A stretch of DNA of 64,000 nt from a virus, in the IMG/VR virus record IMGVR_UViG_3300034073_002585, positions 64,001-128,000 of that record, one strand, 5' to 3'. The notes under the pieces were generated by a model. The model had not been told where the DNA came from. It ran no database searches and saw nothing but the letters and a program-made list of their open reading frames with translations. The position numbers and the translations under genes are program-made. Shown piece after piece: positions 35,085 through 44,100 of the stretch (positions are counted from its first letter, which is position 1; each line of letters starts with the position of its first letter).

Positions 35085-35957
35085 ATGGCTTTCTCAAAGA
35101 CAGGCGTCGTATCAGCTCCCGCTATTGTGCCGTCAGCATTTGGCCTGCTCTCAGTAGCCAAGCCAGAGAACGCGCCAAACGAAGACCAGTGGATTCGTGG
35201 ATTTTCTCAAGAATGGGAAACCACCCTACAGTCCCTAACTAACTGGGATGACACTGACAGCACTTCTGAAGAACTTGTTTCTTCCCTAATTACTTACTAC
35301 ACCGACATTAAGCCTTTCTTCATTGAACTCGCCGAAACTCGCTCTGGCCTAAGCTTCAATGCAATTGACAGAATTGCCCGACTTACTCGTCAGTTAGATG
35401 GCGCTACCCAGAAGGCCATGGAAGCAGAGCTCTGGGATGGAGCTATTCGTAAGGGAGCGTCCCACAACAACAAGGCACTTTCTGACGCAGACGCAACACT
35501 AGTAAATAGCGGCACTGCACTTTCTGCACAGAAGGCTCTCGCTCAGCTTGAGTTCGCTATCTCTGAAATGTCTCACGCTGGAGAAAACGGAGTCATACAC
35601 ATGACCCGCGACGTTGCAGCTCTACTTTCTACTACTGGTCAGGTATTCCTTCACGAAGAAGGTAAGCCTCATCTTCAGACTTTGTCTGGTACTCCAGTTG
35701 TAATCGGTTCTGGATATTCTGGAAACGGACCGACTGGTGTATCTGGTGCAACCGCATCAGCTACCAACAAATGGATGTACGGCAGTGGTGTTGTTAAGAC
35801 CTATCTTGGCAACATTGATGTCGTAAACGACAATCTAGCGCAAGCATACGATGTGTCGGGAAACGCAAATGACATGAGTATCAAAGCAATCCGCCCTGCT
35901 GCGGTTTACTTTGACACATCCATCCACCTAGCCGCAAGAGTTGACCTCTCGGCTTAA
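35085..35957 (+). CDS. Second capsid-type protein (pentamer/minor capsid-like)
   Basis: FGLLSVA, ALAQLE..GVIHM..GTPVVIGSGY..WMYGSG; same position as in mycobacteriophage cluster B-like heads. Confidence 0.6.
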   Translation: MAFSKTGVVSAPAIVPSAFGLLSVAKPENAPNEDQWIRGFSQEWETTLQSLTNWDDTDSTSEELVSSLITYYTDIKPFFIELAETRSGLSFNAIDRIARLTRQLDGATQKAMEAELWDGAIRKGASHNNKALSDADATLVNSGTALSAQKALAQLEFAISEMSHAGENGVIHMTRDVAALLSTTGQVFLHEEGKPHLQTLSGTPVVIGSGYSGNGPTGVSGATASATNKWMYGSGVVKTYLGNIDVVNDNLAQAYDVSGNANDMSIKAIRPAAVYFDTSIHLAARVDLSA

Positions 35958-35982
35958 ACAAGAAACTAAGGAGAATAGCTAG

Positions 35983-37089
35983 ATGGCTACTCAAGAATAT
36001 GCAGCCAGCATTCAGGGTGTGTCAATCCGTGTCACCCGCCTAGATGCTGCTGGTAACCTTATGGGCGGAGCTGGTGACTCATACACCACCTCTGCTTTTA
36101 TGCGTGTTTCATTCACCCCTGAATATGAAGAGGGCGATGAAATCACGGAGAAGGGTGCCAACGGTGTTGTATGTGTAACATACAAGGCCCCAGACACTCT
36201 AAAGCGTATCACCATGGAGCTCGCAATCTGTGAGCCAGACCCAGAGCTAACCGCTCTGATTTCTGGTGGTCTGCTTCTTCGCAAGAACCTAAACACTGCA
36301 GACAACCCAGACCACAAGTCTGTTGGTTGGGCTGCTCCTGGTGTTGGTGACGACCCAGCTGGTAACGGTGTTGCTCTAGAGGTATGGTCTCACGCGGTTA
36401 AGGACGGAAAGCGTGCAGCTGTTCTTCCTTACTTCCACTGGATTTTCCCATTCGTAAAGATGCGTCAATCTGGTGACCGTGTAATCGAGAATGGCTTAAT
36501 GGCTAACACCTTCGAGGGCTACGGTCTGGGAAACATTAACTTCCAGTCTGGTATCGACGGCCGCTGGGAGTTCCCAGTTGCTGCAGAGCGTCCATACGCA
36601 TATGCACGCAGCGACTGGGCTCCAACTGGTCTAAATGGCTTCTACACCTGGACTGACGAGACTGGCCCAGTCTACTTCACCTCGGCTCTAGCAATTAATG
36701 CAAGCACTCCTGCTCTAGCTAACGTATCAGCCACTCTCTCTGGCACAACCGCTACTCTTATCTTCAATGGTGACCCAAACATCGAAATTGGTGACAGCAT
36801 TAAGGTAGAGAACGTTGGAGCTCCATTCAATGGAACCTTCACTGTTGCTGGTGCTACTGGAAACAACGTAACCTACTCAACCAGCTCGATTACAGCTGAC
36901 ATTGATAGCTACGCAGTTAGCCGCGGTGCCAAGGTTACTGTAGTTAACAGTGCTACCGAGGGCCCTGACTACACTGCAGTCACTGACCTTGGTGCTGGTG
37001 GTGCTACTTACAACGTCCCTGGTAACATCGGCTACAACGCTGACAACACCATTGACAACATCATTGCATCAAACGAAAACCCTAGCTAA
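35983..37089 (+). CDS. Major tail protein
   Basis: IRVTRLDAAG, PEYEEGDEITEKGANGVVC, LAICEPDPEL; C-terminal Ig-like beta region. Confidence 0.85.
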   Translation: MATQEYAASIQGVSIRVTRLDAAGNLMGGAGDSYTTSAFMRVSFTPEYEEGDEITEKGANGVVCVTYKAPDTLKRITMELAICEPDPELTALISGGLLLRKNLNTADNPDHKSVGWAAPGVGDDPAGNGVALEVWSHAVKDGKRAAVLPYFHWIFPFVKMRQSGDRVIENGLMANTFEGYGLGNINFQSGIDGRWEFPVAAERPYAYARSDWAPTGLNGFYTWTDETGPVYFTSALAINASTPALANVSATLSGTTATLIFNGDPNIEIGDSIKVENVGAPFNGTFTVAGATGNNVTYSTSSITADIDSYAVSRGAKVTVVNSATEGPDYTAVTDLGAGGATYNVPGNIGYNADNTIDNIIASNENPS

Positions 37090-37099
37090 TAACTAGAAA

Positions 37100-37146
37100 T
37101 AACGGGTGGTGGCTTGAGCAAATTAGCTTGGGCTACCACCCGTTAA
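37100..37146 (+). terminator. Stem-loop after major tail gene
   Basis: AACGGGTGGTGGCTTGAGC...GCTTGGGCTACCACCCGTT. Confidence 0.7.
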
Positions 37147-37165
37147 ACTTATAAAGAGGTAAAAC

Positions 37166-38287
37166 ATGGCAAGTAACCTATGGATTCTCCCAGAAGAAAT
37201 GGGAGACTATTCATACACTGAGTACACCCTAGAGGCAGCTCAGGTTGCGTCAAACCTACTCTGGGCCATGTCTGGACGTAAGTACACAGGAGAGACAATT
37301 GTCACCGAGCGTTACACATGCACCCTTCGCAACAATAGAATGGGCCCTTCCACTCGCACTAACAGCCCTGTACTATTTGGTGGTGATGTCTATAACATTC
37401 CGTCAGGAGATTACGACGAGTATTCTGAACTTACTTCCGACGGGCTTTCGCCAGAATCGCGCATCAGACTCCGTGGACGACCAGTAACTAGAATTATAAC
37501 CATTAGAAACAGAAATGGCCTAATCCTAGACCCTTCTAGCTACTATCTAGTAGACCACTCCACCATTCAAATTAAAGCTGGTACCCCTTGGACCCCTTGT
37601 AACGTAGAAATTACTTACGCTTACGGTATTCCAGTCCCGACCGCTGGAAAGATGGCAGCTCGTAAACTTGCCATTGAGTTTGCACGACTATGGCAGGGTG
37701 ATGAAAACTGCGAGCTCCCTCAGCGTGTGACCTCTGTTTCACGTCAGGGCGTTTCTTACACCATCCTTGACAACCAAGAATTTATTGACGAGCTTCGTAC
37801 TGGTCTTTACGAGATTGACCTCTTTCTTAAGACAGTCAACCCAGACAATGCCCGCCGAAAGTCAAAGGTTTTCTCTGTAGACACTCCTCGTGCTCGTAAG
37901 TATGTAGCAAAGCCACCAAAGCTAGTTGCCGATGCAGATTTTGATTTAGTTCTAAACGCTACTAGCAACTCTGATTCTATTAGCTGGACTTCCACAGATT
38001 CTGGAACAGATTTAAGTAACTTCTTCCCCCAAAACGCTACCTACAGCCCTAAATTAGTTATTAGAAATTATGGAGAGACTTCTTCAACAATCGTAGATTC
38101 TTCATACATCACTCTAGATTATGACGCTGAAACTTTAGATTTCACTATTCCCTATACTACTGCTCAGTCTGTGTTGGGGATGGTGGACCCAGGAACCTGG
38201 ACACTTTACGCTTCTTCAACCGAAGATGACGTAGAGAGCCTGGTCGAACTTGCATCTGGAAACCTCCAGGTCAAGCTTTACACCTAA
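37166..38287 (+). CDS. Head-to-tail adaptor
   Basis: ASNLLWAMSGR, CELPQRVTSVSRQGVS, TGLYEIDLFL..VNP. Confidence 0.75.
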   Translation: MASNLWILPEEMGDYSYTEYTLEAAQVASNLLWAMSGRKYTGETIVTERYTCTLRNNRMGPSTRTNSPVLFGGDVYNIPSGDYDEYSELTSDGLSPESRIRLRGRPVTRIITIRNRNGLILDPSSYYLVDHSTIQIKAGTPWTPCNVEITYAYGIPVPTAGKMAARKLAIEFARLWQGDENCELPQRVTSVSRQGVSYTILDNQEFIDELRTGLYEIDLFLKTVNPDNARRKSKVFSVDTPRARKYVAKPPKLVADADFDLVLNATSNSDSISWTSTDSGTDLSNFFPQNATYSPKLVIRNYGETSSTIVDSSYITLDYDAETLDFTIPYTTAQSVLGMVDPGTWTLYASSTEDDVESLVELASGNLQVKLYT

Positions 38288-38300
38288 GAAAGAAGGAAAT

Positions 38301-38513
38301 ATGTCTGTTCAGACTAACTTCCGTGCCCAGGACATGCTGGGTGCCGAGAAGCCTGCCCCTAAGAAGGCTGCCCCTGCTCCTCGCGCTGTTTCTGCTCCTG
38401 CTCCAACCCCAGTGGTAGAGCCAGTAGTCGTAGAGCCAGTAGTCGTAGAGCCAGCAGTACTAGAGGAGACCGAAGAGGCTCCTGCTGTTGAGGAGACCTC
38501 CGTAGAGGAGTAA
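38301..38513 (+). CDS. Small Pro/Glu-rich protein
   Basis: SD AAGGA; tandem GTAGAGCCAGTAGTC (VEPVV) repeats. Confidence 0.6.
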   Translation: MSVQTNFRAQDMLGAEKPAPKKAAPAPRAVSAPAPTPVVEPVVVEPVVVEPAVLEETEEAPAVEETSVEE

Positions 38514-38516
38514 TCC

Positions 38517-39026
38517 ATGCCAAGCCAAGAACTAGACCTAACTGGTGTCTCTGAGGATGCGGTACACCTCAGAGATATGATGGAAGGTGTACTGGAGAGA
38601 GTACAAGATATCTTTCAGTCATACAACGTAGAGCTGCCAGCTCGTCGCTATTGGACGATGGCAACTCCCGCTGTTGACTGCGAACAGCTAGTAGTCTATT
38701 TCCAGCAAATGTATTTAGGTGCTCCAGGAGCGGAGGTTGGCGAACCGCAGCGTTGCCACGTTCCTAGGAGTGCAACCATAGCAATATCAATCTCTAGACA
38801 AACTGCTATCGTTAGCCAAAATGGAAGGCCCCCTTCTCAGGAGAAAATCACTGAGGCCGCCGAGGTTATGGCTATTGACGCTTGGGTTTTGATGGAGTCT
38901 ATAAACCTTCTAGACCAGTGGGATAACACTGGGTATGGGGTTGGAGTGGTGGCTACTTTAGATGTGACTGCTCCAGAAGGCGGATTTCAGACGACAACGA
39001 TGTTAGTAACGATGGCGGTACCATAA
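38517..39026 (+). CDS. Putative head-tail/tail terminator protein
   Basis: Position; DCEQLVV...PEGG motif. Confidence 0.5.
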   Translation: MPSQELDLTGVSEDAVHLRDMMEGVLERVQDIFQSYNVELPARRYWTMATPAVDCEQLVVYFQQMYLGAPGAEVGEPQRCHVPRSATIAISISRQTAIVSQNGRPPSQEKITEAAEVMAIDAWVLMESINLLDQWDNTGYGVGVVATLDVTAPEGGFQTTTMLVTMAVP

Positions 39027-39027
39027 A

Positions 39028-39537
39028 ATGCCTAAAGGATTACCAGACAGCTTTTTAGCCACAGCGGCCCTTAGAGGAGCCAGACGATTAAATCGCGGTG
39101 GCGGTGGCGGTGGTGGACCTACTTATTACCACATAACTAAGGTAGTCCTATATAAGCCAATCATAAATTTCGAACTTCGAAACATGTATGGCATGGTAGG
39201 AAGATATATCCGAAAAGTTGGCCAAAGAATAGCTTGGAAAGCAAGAGGCCAGGTCGGAGTAAAGACTGGACGACTGAAAGCCAGCATTAGGATGAAAGTC
39301 ATCCGTAATTTGGGTGAAGTTGCTGTAAAAATCGGTGGATACACTGACTATGCACTTCTCCACCACGAAGGCTCTAAGCCTCACATGATTGTTCCTAAAA
39401 AACCTGGTAATCAGTTGGTATTCATGAAGGGCACCAAGCTAATTCGTACTCCTGTAGTGATGCACCCAGGTACCAGGCCTAATAAATATTTAACTAGACA
39501 CCTTCGACCATCAATCCTTAGAGGCATCAAGCCGTAG
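39028..39537 (+). CDS. HK97 gp10-like neck protein
   Basis: VGVKTGRLKASI, YALLHHEG, VMHPGTRPNKYL. Confidence 0.7.
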   Translation: MPKGLPDSFLATAALRGARRLNRGGGGGGGPTYYHITKVVLYKPIINFELRNMYGMVGRYIRKVGQRIAWKARGQVGVKTGRLKASIRMKVIRNLGEVAVKIGGYTDYALLHHEGSKPHMIVPKKPGNQLVFMKGTKLIRTPVVMHPGTRPNKYLTRHLRPSILRGIKP

Positions 39538-39628
39538 TCTCCTTAATAACAACAAAAATACTACGATAAAATTAACTAGTGGCACCAGCCACAATAAATG
39601 ATGCATATACAGATTGAGGTAATACATA

Positions 39629-39961
39629 ATGGCAAAGTTTAAGGACTTTGGAGCCCCTACCGTAGAAGGTGGAGAGCCAATTTCATTCAAGCTTTTTGAT
39701 GAAGAGTTCCACTGTGTTCCAGCTCTTCCAGGAAAAGTAATTCTTGGGATTGTTGCAAAGTCTAGCTCCAACAACCCTAGTGACCAGGCAGCCATCATTG
39801 ATGACTTTTTTTCTAAGGCACTAGTTAATGAGAGCCTAGAAAGATTTAATGCTCTGATTGAAGATAAAGATAAAGCTATCTCGGCAGAGACATTGGGAGA
39901 GATTACTGGATGGTTAGTAGAGCAGTACGCTGACCGCCCAAATCCGCAGCCAGAGGTCTAG
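39629..39961 (+). CDS. Tail assembly chaperone (G)
   Basis: Position before tape measure; WLVEQYADRP end with slippery CCCAAAT. Confidence 0.8.
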   Translation: MAKFKDFGAPTVEGGEPISFKLFDEEFHCVPALPGKVILGIVAKSSSNNPSDQAAIIDDFFSKALVNESLERFNALIEDKDKAISAETLGEITGWLVEQYADRPNPQPEV

Positions 39962-40308
39962 CACTTTGGGCCGTGGACCTCTGGCCATACGTAAACGGTA
40001 AGGCCATAACCCTAGGGTTGAACTTAGGAGAAATGGAAATGAGTCAAATGCTTGACGTAATCCACTATCTCTTCGAAGAAGACTCTAGGTATACAACCGC
40101 TGAAGAGGCAGAGGCTTTGAGCGAAATGCGTACTGCACTGTATGGAGTTCTTTACGGAACAACATACAACTACAGAGTAAAAGTAGATAAGTCTGGAAAT
40201 TCGTCTGGAATGCCAGGAAATGCTACAAAGCCGTACATACCACCTACGGATTTTGATGCAGATTCTCCGCTACCATTCGGCTCTCTCCTAGACTCTCCAC
40301 TAGGTTAA
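39937..40308 (+). CDS. Tail assembly chaperone extension (GT) via -1 frameshift at CCCAAAT 39937-39943
   Basis: -1 frame is open from the heptamer (KSAARGLALWAVDLWPY...) to 40308. Confidence 0.75.
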   Translation, partial: PKSAARGLALWAVDLWPYVNGKAITLGLNLGEMEMSQMLDVIHYLFEEDSRYTTAEEAEALSEMRTALYGVLYGTTYNYRVKVDKSGNSSGMPGNATKPYIPPTDFDADSPLPFGSLLDSPLG

Positions 40309-40317
40309 GGCACATAG

Positions 40318-43104
40318 ATGATTATAGGTCAAGCAGAAGTTATCGTAAGTCCGATAACTCGCGGATTCGAGCGCAAGCTTCGCAACGACCTTAAATCTAT
40401 GGGCGGAGTCGTAGGCGCTCAAGCAGGTAAATCTTTAGGACAGAAACTTGCTTCTGGGTTCCAGGCTTCTACTGGAAATATTTTTGACAAGCTCTCTGGT
40501 GCCCTAGAAAATGTACAGGGAGAAGCTGAAGCTGCTAGAGAAAAATTTCAAGGTTTAACCAGAGCTGGTTATGTACTTCAGGCTGTAGTTGGACCACTTG
40601 TTGGCGGCCTATCTTCTTTAGTAGTTTCTATTGGAACGTTAGTTGGTGTAGTAGGCAAAGCTGCACCTGCAGTAGCTGCTCTTGGAACAGCCTTTTTAAC
40701 CCTAAAGGTTGCTATGGCTGTTGCCAAGGCTGGATTTGGTAACATATTTGCTGCTGTAAAACAAGCTACAGACCCGACTAAAGCTTTAGGTAAATCTATT
40801 GCTGAAATCAGGGAAGAGTTTCAGCAACTTCAGTTTGATGCGGAGCAGGCAACTCTATCAGAATCTAGGGCTGCCTTAAATCTTGAGGATGCTTTAAATA
40901 ACCTACGTAGGGTTCAGGACCTTCCCCCTAACTCTCGTGCACGTCGTGAAGCTCAGTTGGCTTACGAAGAAGCAGAGCTTGCCTTCCGTAGAGCTAAAGA
41001 CCGTGCTGCTGATTTAAATGAAGAAGTTGCTAAAGGCCCTGAAGCACTGAAAGACAAGTCTGGCTCTGACCCCTTTGCTGGACTAAATGCTTATCAAAGA
41101 GATTTTGCTCAGTACTTAGCCACTGAGATTATGCCTCTAATTAAAGAATTAGAGCTTGAGCTATCTAAAGCACTTTTGCCTCCTCTCAAGGGAGCGGTTG
41201 AGATTCTTAGAATGGAGCTCTATCCGCTTCTAAAAAGAAGACTTCCCGAAGTAGCAGAAAAAGTAGGTCTAGCCTTCCAGGACATCGTTATTGATGTTAC
41301 TGCTCAGGAAAACCTAGAGAAGATGGATTCTATACTTCTCGAAATGCAACCAAACATTGAGCTAATGGGCGACTTGTTTGGCAACATCTTAGACGTAATC
41401 CTATCTATAGTAGATGCAACAGGCCCACTAGTTACAGACTTTTTAACGTGGGCGGTAGACCTAACCAGCCAGTGGTCGGAAAATCTAACCACACTGAATA
41501 AAGACGGAAGACTGGACCAGTTCTTTGCCGATGCGGGGAAGTATGCTGAGGATTTAGGCGAAATTATTGGCAACGTCTTTGACGGAATCGGCAACTTGAT
41601 TGGGCTAACTACTGGCCCTGGCAGTGCTGGCGAAGACATGATTCAGTGGATGAAAGACGGCACTGAGACCTTTGCCAATATGTTTGCTGAGGACCCTGCG
41701 GGTGGTAAGCAGTTCTTCAAAGATGCTTTTGCAAATGCTCAGTCAGTAATGAGCTCTATTGGTGCCCTAATTGGGGAAATATTAGGACTTGCAGACAACC
41801 CTAATATTAAGACTACATTTGACACTCTAAAAGAGGGGGCCCCTGCCCTAGGAGAAGCCCTAGGCAAGATGGTAGATGCTGGCCCATCATTTGCAAATTT
41901 AGTAGTTACCATTACTGAAATAGTAAACAAGCTTACGGATTCAGAACAAATATCAGCCTTCTTCGACACCTTAAATATCGGAGCTGAGAAATTCAGTGCA
42001 TTCTTGGACACTGACATAGCAAAAACATTGCTCGCCAATTTAGGTCCTATATTTGCAACATTCAGTGCAATAGGTGTAATTTTTGACGTAATTAAGTTTG
42101 CATTCTTAACTATCGTTGGATATTTTGCTGCGTTCTTTACATTTAAAAAAGGCATAATGCCACTGTTCGACGGGATGGCTAAGGGCCTAGGCAAGATTAA
42201 ATTCTTAGGTCCTATATTTACTAAGCTCGGTGGCGGTGGACTTTTTGCTATTTTTGTTCTTCTGGTTCAGAAAGCCGTAGAGTTCTACAACACTATTGAC
42301 GGCTTTAAGACCATGGTGGATAACGTATTCAAAACCATTGGTGATTCTTTTGGCGAGCTTTTTGCTGAAATAGAAAGAACTTTTGCTCTGATTTTCGGAG
42401 GCGAAGACGGTGGAGGGTTGTTCTCTGTCCTTGACCCGATAATTCAAGTTATTCTAGAAGTATTAATACCAGCATTAGGATTCCTACTGTCTACGTTTAT
42501 AGATGTAGTTACTATGATTCTCAGCTGGGTCAACAACCTCATAGAGGGAGTAATCCCAGGATTCCAGACAATTGTCGATGGAATTATGCTGCTATTCAGC
42601 GGCGATTTGATGGGCGGCCTGGGTAAAATTGGCGAGGGGATTGGAAAACTCATAGGCGGGATATTCCAGTTTGTAGTCAACAGCATTATTGATTTAATTA
42701 ACTTTGGTATTAAAGCAGTAAACAACCTAATAAGTATTGCTACAGACTCCGAGTTCGGTAAGTGGCTAGGGGATGTCCTAGGCGTTAACATGAAGTCTTT
42801 CCAAATAGGACTAATACCTCGTGTAGATTTCTTCTCTGGCGGACCGCTCCCTAGCCAAGTTGCCGCCGCTGGTGGCGCAGACAGGGCCCTAATAAATAGA
42901 TTCAACAACTCTAACGCTTATACTCAGTTCAACAACCAGAGGAACGCTGCAATAAATGCTCCTACACAGAGCCCTGGTGCTAGCGAGGCTAACCGAGGAG
43001 ATATCAATATTACTGTAAACCCTGCACCTGGCATGGATGTTAACGAGCTAGCCAATGCAGTTGGTAACCGAGTTGCACTTGGAATTAGGAAGGGCACCCT
43101 ATAA
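40318..43104 (+). CDS. Tape measure protein
   Basis: 928-aa helical A/G-rich protein after the chaperones. Confidence 0.9.
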   Translation: MIIGQAEVIVSPITRGFERKLRNDLKSMGGVVGAQAGKSLGQKLASGFQASTGNIFDKLSGALENVQGEAEAAREKFQGLTRAGYVLQAVVGPLVGGLSSLVVSIGTLVGVVGKAAPAVAALGTAFLTLKVAMAVAKAGFGNIFAAVKQATDPTKALGKSIAEIREEFQQLQFDAEQATLSESRAALNLEDALNNLRRVQDLPPNSRARREAQLAYEEAELAFRRAKDRAADLNEEVAKGPEALKDKSGSDPFAGLNAYQRDFAQYLATEIMPLIKELELELSKALLPPLKGAVEILRMELYPLLKRRLPEVAEKVGLAFQDIVIDVTAQENLEKMDSILLEMQPNIELMGDLFGNILDVILSIVDATGPLVTDFLTWAVDLTSQWSENLTTLNKDGRLDQFFADAGKYAEDLGEIIGNVFDGIGNLIGLTTGPGSAGEDMIQWMKDGTETFANMFAEDPAGGKQFFKDAFANAQSVMSSIGALIGEILGLADNPNIKTTFDTLKEGAPALGEALGKMVDAGPSFANLVVTITEIVNKLTDSEQISAFFDTLNIGAEKFSAFLDTDIAKTLLANLGPIFATFSAIGVIFDVIKFAFLTIVGYFAAFFTFKKGIMPLFDGMAKGLGKIKFLGPIFTKLGGGGLFAIFVLLVQKAVEFYNTIDGFKTMVDNVFKTIGDSFGELFAEIERTFALIFGGEDGGGLFSVLDPIIQVILEVLIPALGFLLSTFIDVVTMILSWVNNLIEGVIPGFQTIVDGIMLLFSGDLMGGLGKIGEGIGKLIGGIFQFVVNSIIDLINFGIKAVNNLISIATDSEFGKWLGDVLGVNMKSFQIGLIPRVDFFSGGPLPSQVAAAGGADRALINRFNNSNAYTQFNNQRNAAINAPTQSPGASEANRGDINITVNPAPGMDVNELANAVGNRVALGIRKGTL

Positions 43105-44063
43105 TGTCAGAATACTATGACTACGCTCCCGCTGGAGATGCCAAACTTCAGTCTGAAGAAAATAAGTTAGTCAACACAGCTCTCACTAAATACCCAGAGC
43201 CATATCTGTCGGGACTCAAGTTAAATGCTGACATAGAGTTCAATGGTTTAACCCTGAATACAATAGACGAGAATAACGTACTCTGGGTAGTCTCTGACAT
43301 CGAAGGTTGGTGGACTCTACCTGAGTCAGAGCTCCCTGACCTACCTCGCGGTTGGGGGGACGGTTCTTACGAGGCAGTCGGTAGATGGTCAAATAGAGTA
43401 ATAAATCTAAACGGGTCATTCTTACCTCAGAGGCCAGAGGATGCTCCCGCCGCTCGAAATGCACTGATTCAGGCTGCAAACTTAATTAAGACTGGCGGAT
43501 GGCTTAAAGTAAACGAAGATGACTACGTGCGAGCTGCGTATGTTCGTTTGAGTGGTGCCCCCATCATCACTAGCGTGAATGCTAGGGGTAGACACGATTT
43601 TACCATTGCACTTAAGGCCAATGACCCATACAAGTACGAATATGTAGATGGCCAAGGAGATGGCTATAACTATGTCGAGATATCTAATGGTGCTACTGCA
43701 AATGTAATAAATAATGGAAATATTGCTACTCCAGTAGTTTTCTCTATCACTGGTGGCTTAAGTTCTAATTCTGAAGATTCAGCGTTTATTTTAAATAATA
43801 CGACTGGTGAAGAAATAAAAATTATAGGTGCAGCTACAACATCTCAGGCACTAGAGATTGACACCAAAAATAGAGAAGTTCTCTTAGTAACCAACCCAGG
43901 GCAAGAGGATGAGGTAGTCGAAAACGGTAGAGCGAAAGTCTCTGTTCTATTGGATTGGATGTATCTACAACCAGGAACAAACAATATAGAATTTTACGAC
44001 TCTGCGGCACCTTCAGCTAGTTCTGTCTGCACCGTTTATTGGCGGTCTGCCTGGATTGGCTAA
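43104..44063 (+). CDS. Distal tail (Dit-like) minor tail protein
   Basis: IEGWW, LKANDPYKY, LQPGTNNI, WRSAWI; follows tape measure. Confidence 0.8.
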   Translation: MSEYYDYAPAGDAKLQSEENKLVNTALTKYPEPYLSGLKLNADIEFNGLTLNTIDENNVLWVVSDIEGWWTLPESELPDLPRGWGDGSYEAVGRWSNRVINLNGSFLPQRPEDAPAARNALIQAANLIKTGGWLKVNEDDYVRAAYVRLSGAPIITSVNARGRHDFTIALKANDPYKYEYVDGQGDGYNYVEISNGATANVINNGNIATPVVFSITGGLSSNSEDSAFILNNTTGEEIKIIGAATTSQALEIDTKNREVLLVTNPGQEDEVVENGRAKVSVLLDWMYLQPGTNNIEFYDSAAPSASSVCTVYWRSAWIG

Positions 44064-44100
44064 GTGCTAAAATAATATTAAAGACAATTAAGGACAAAAG

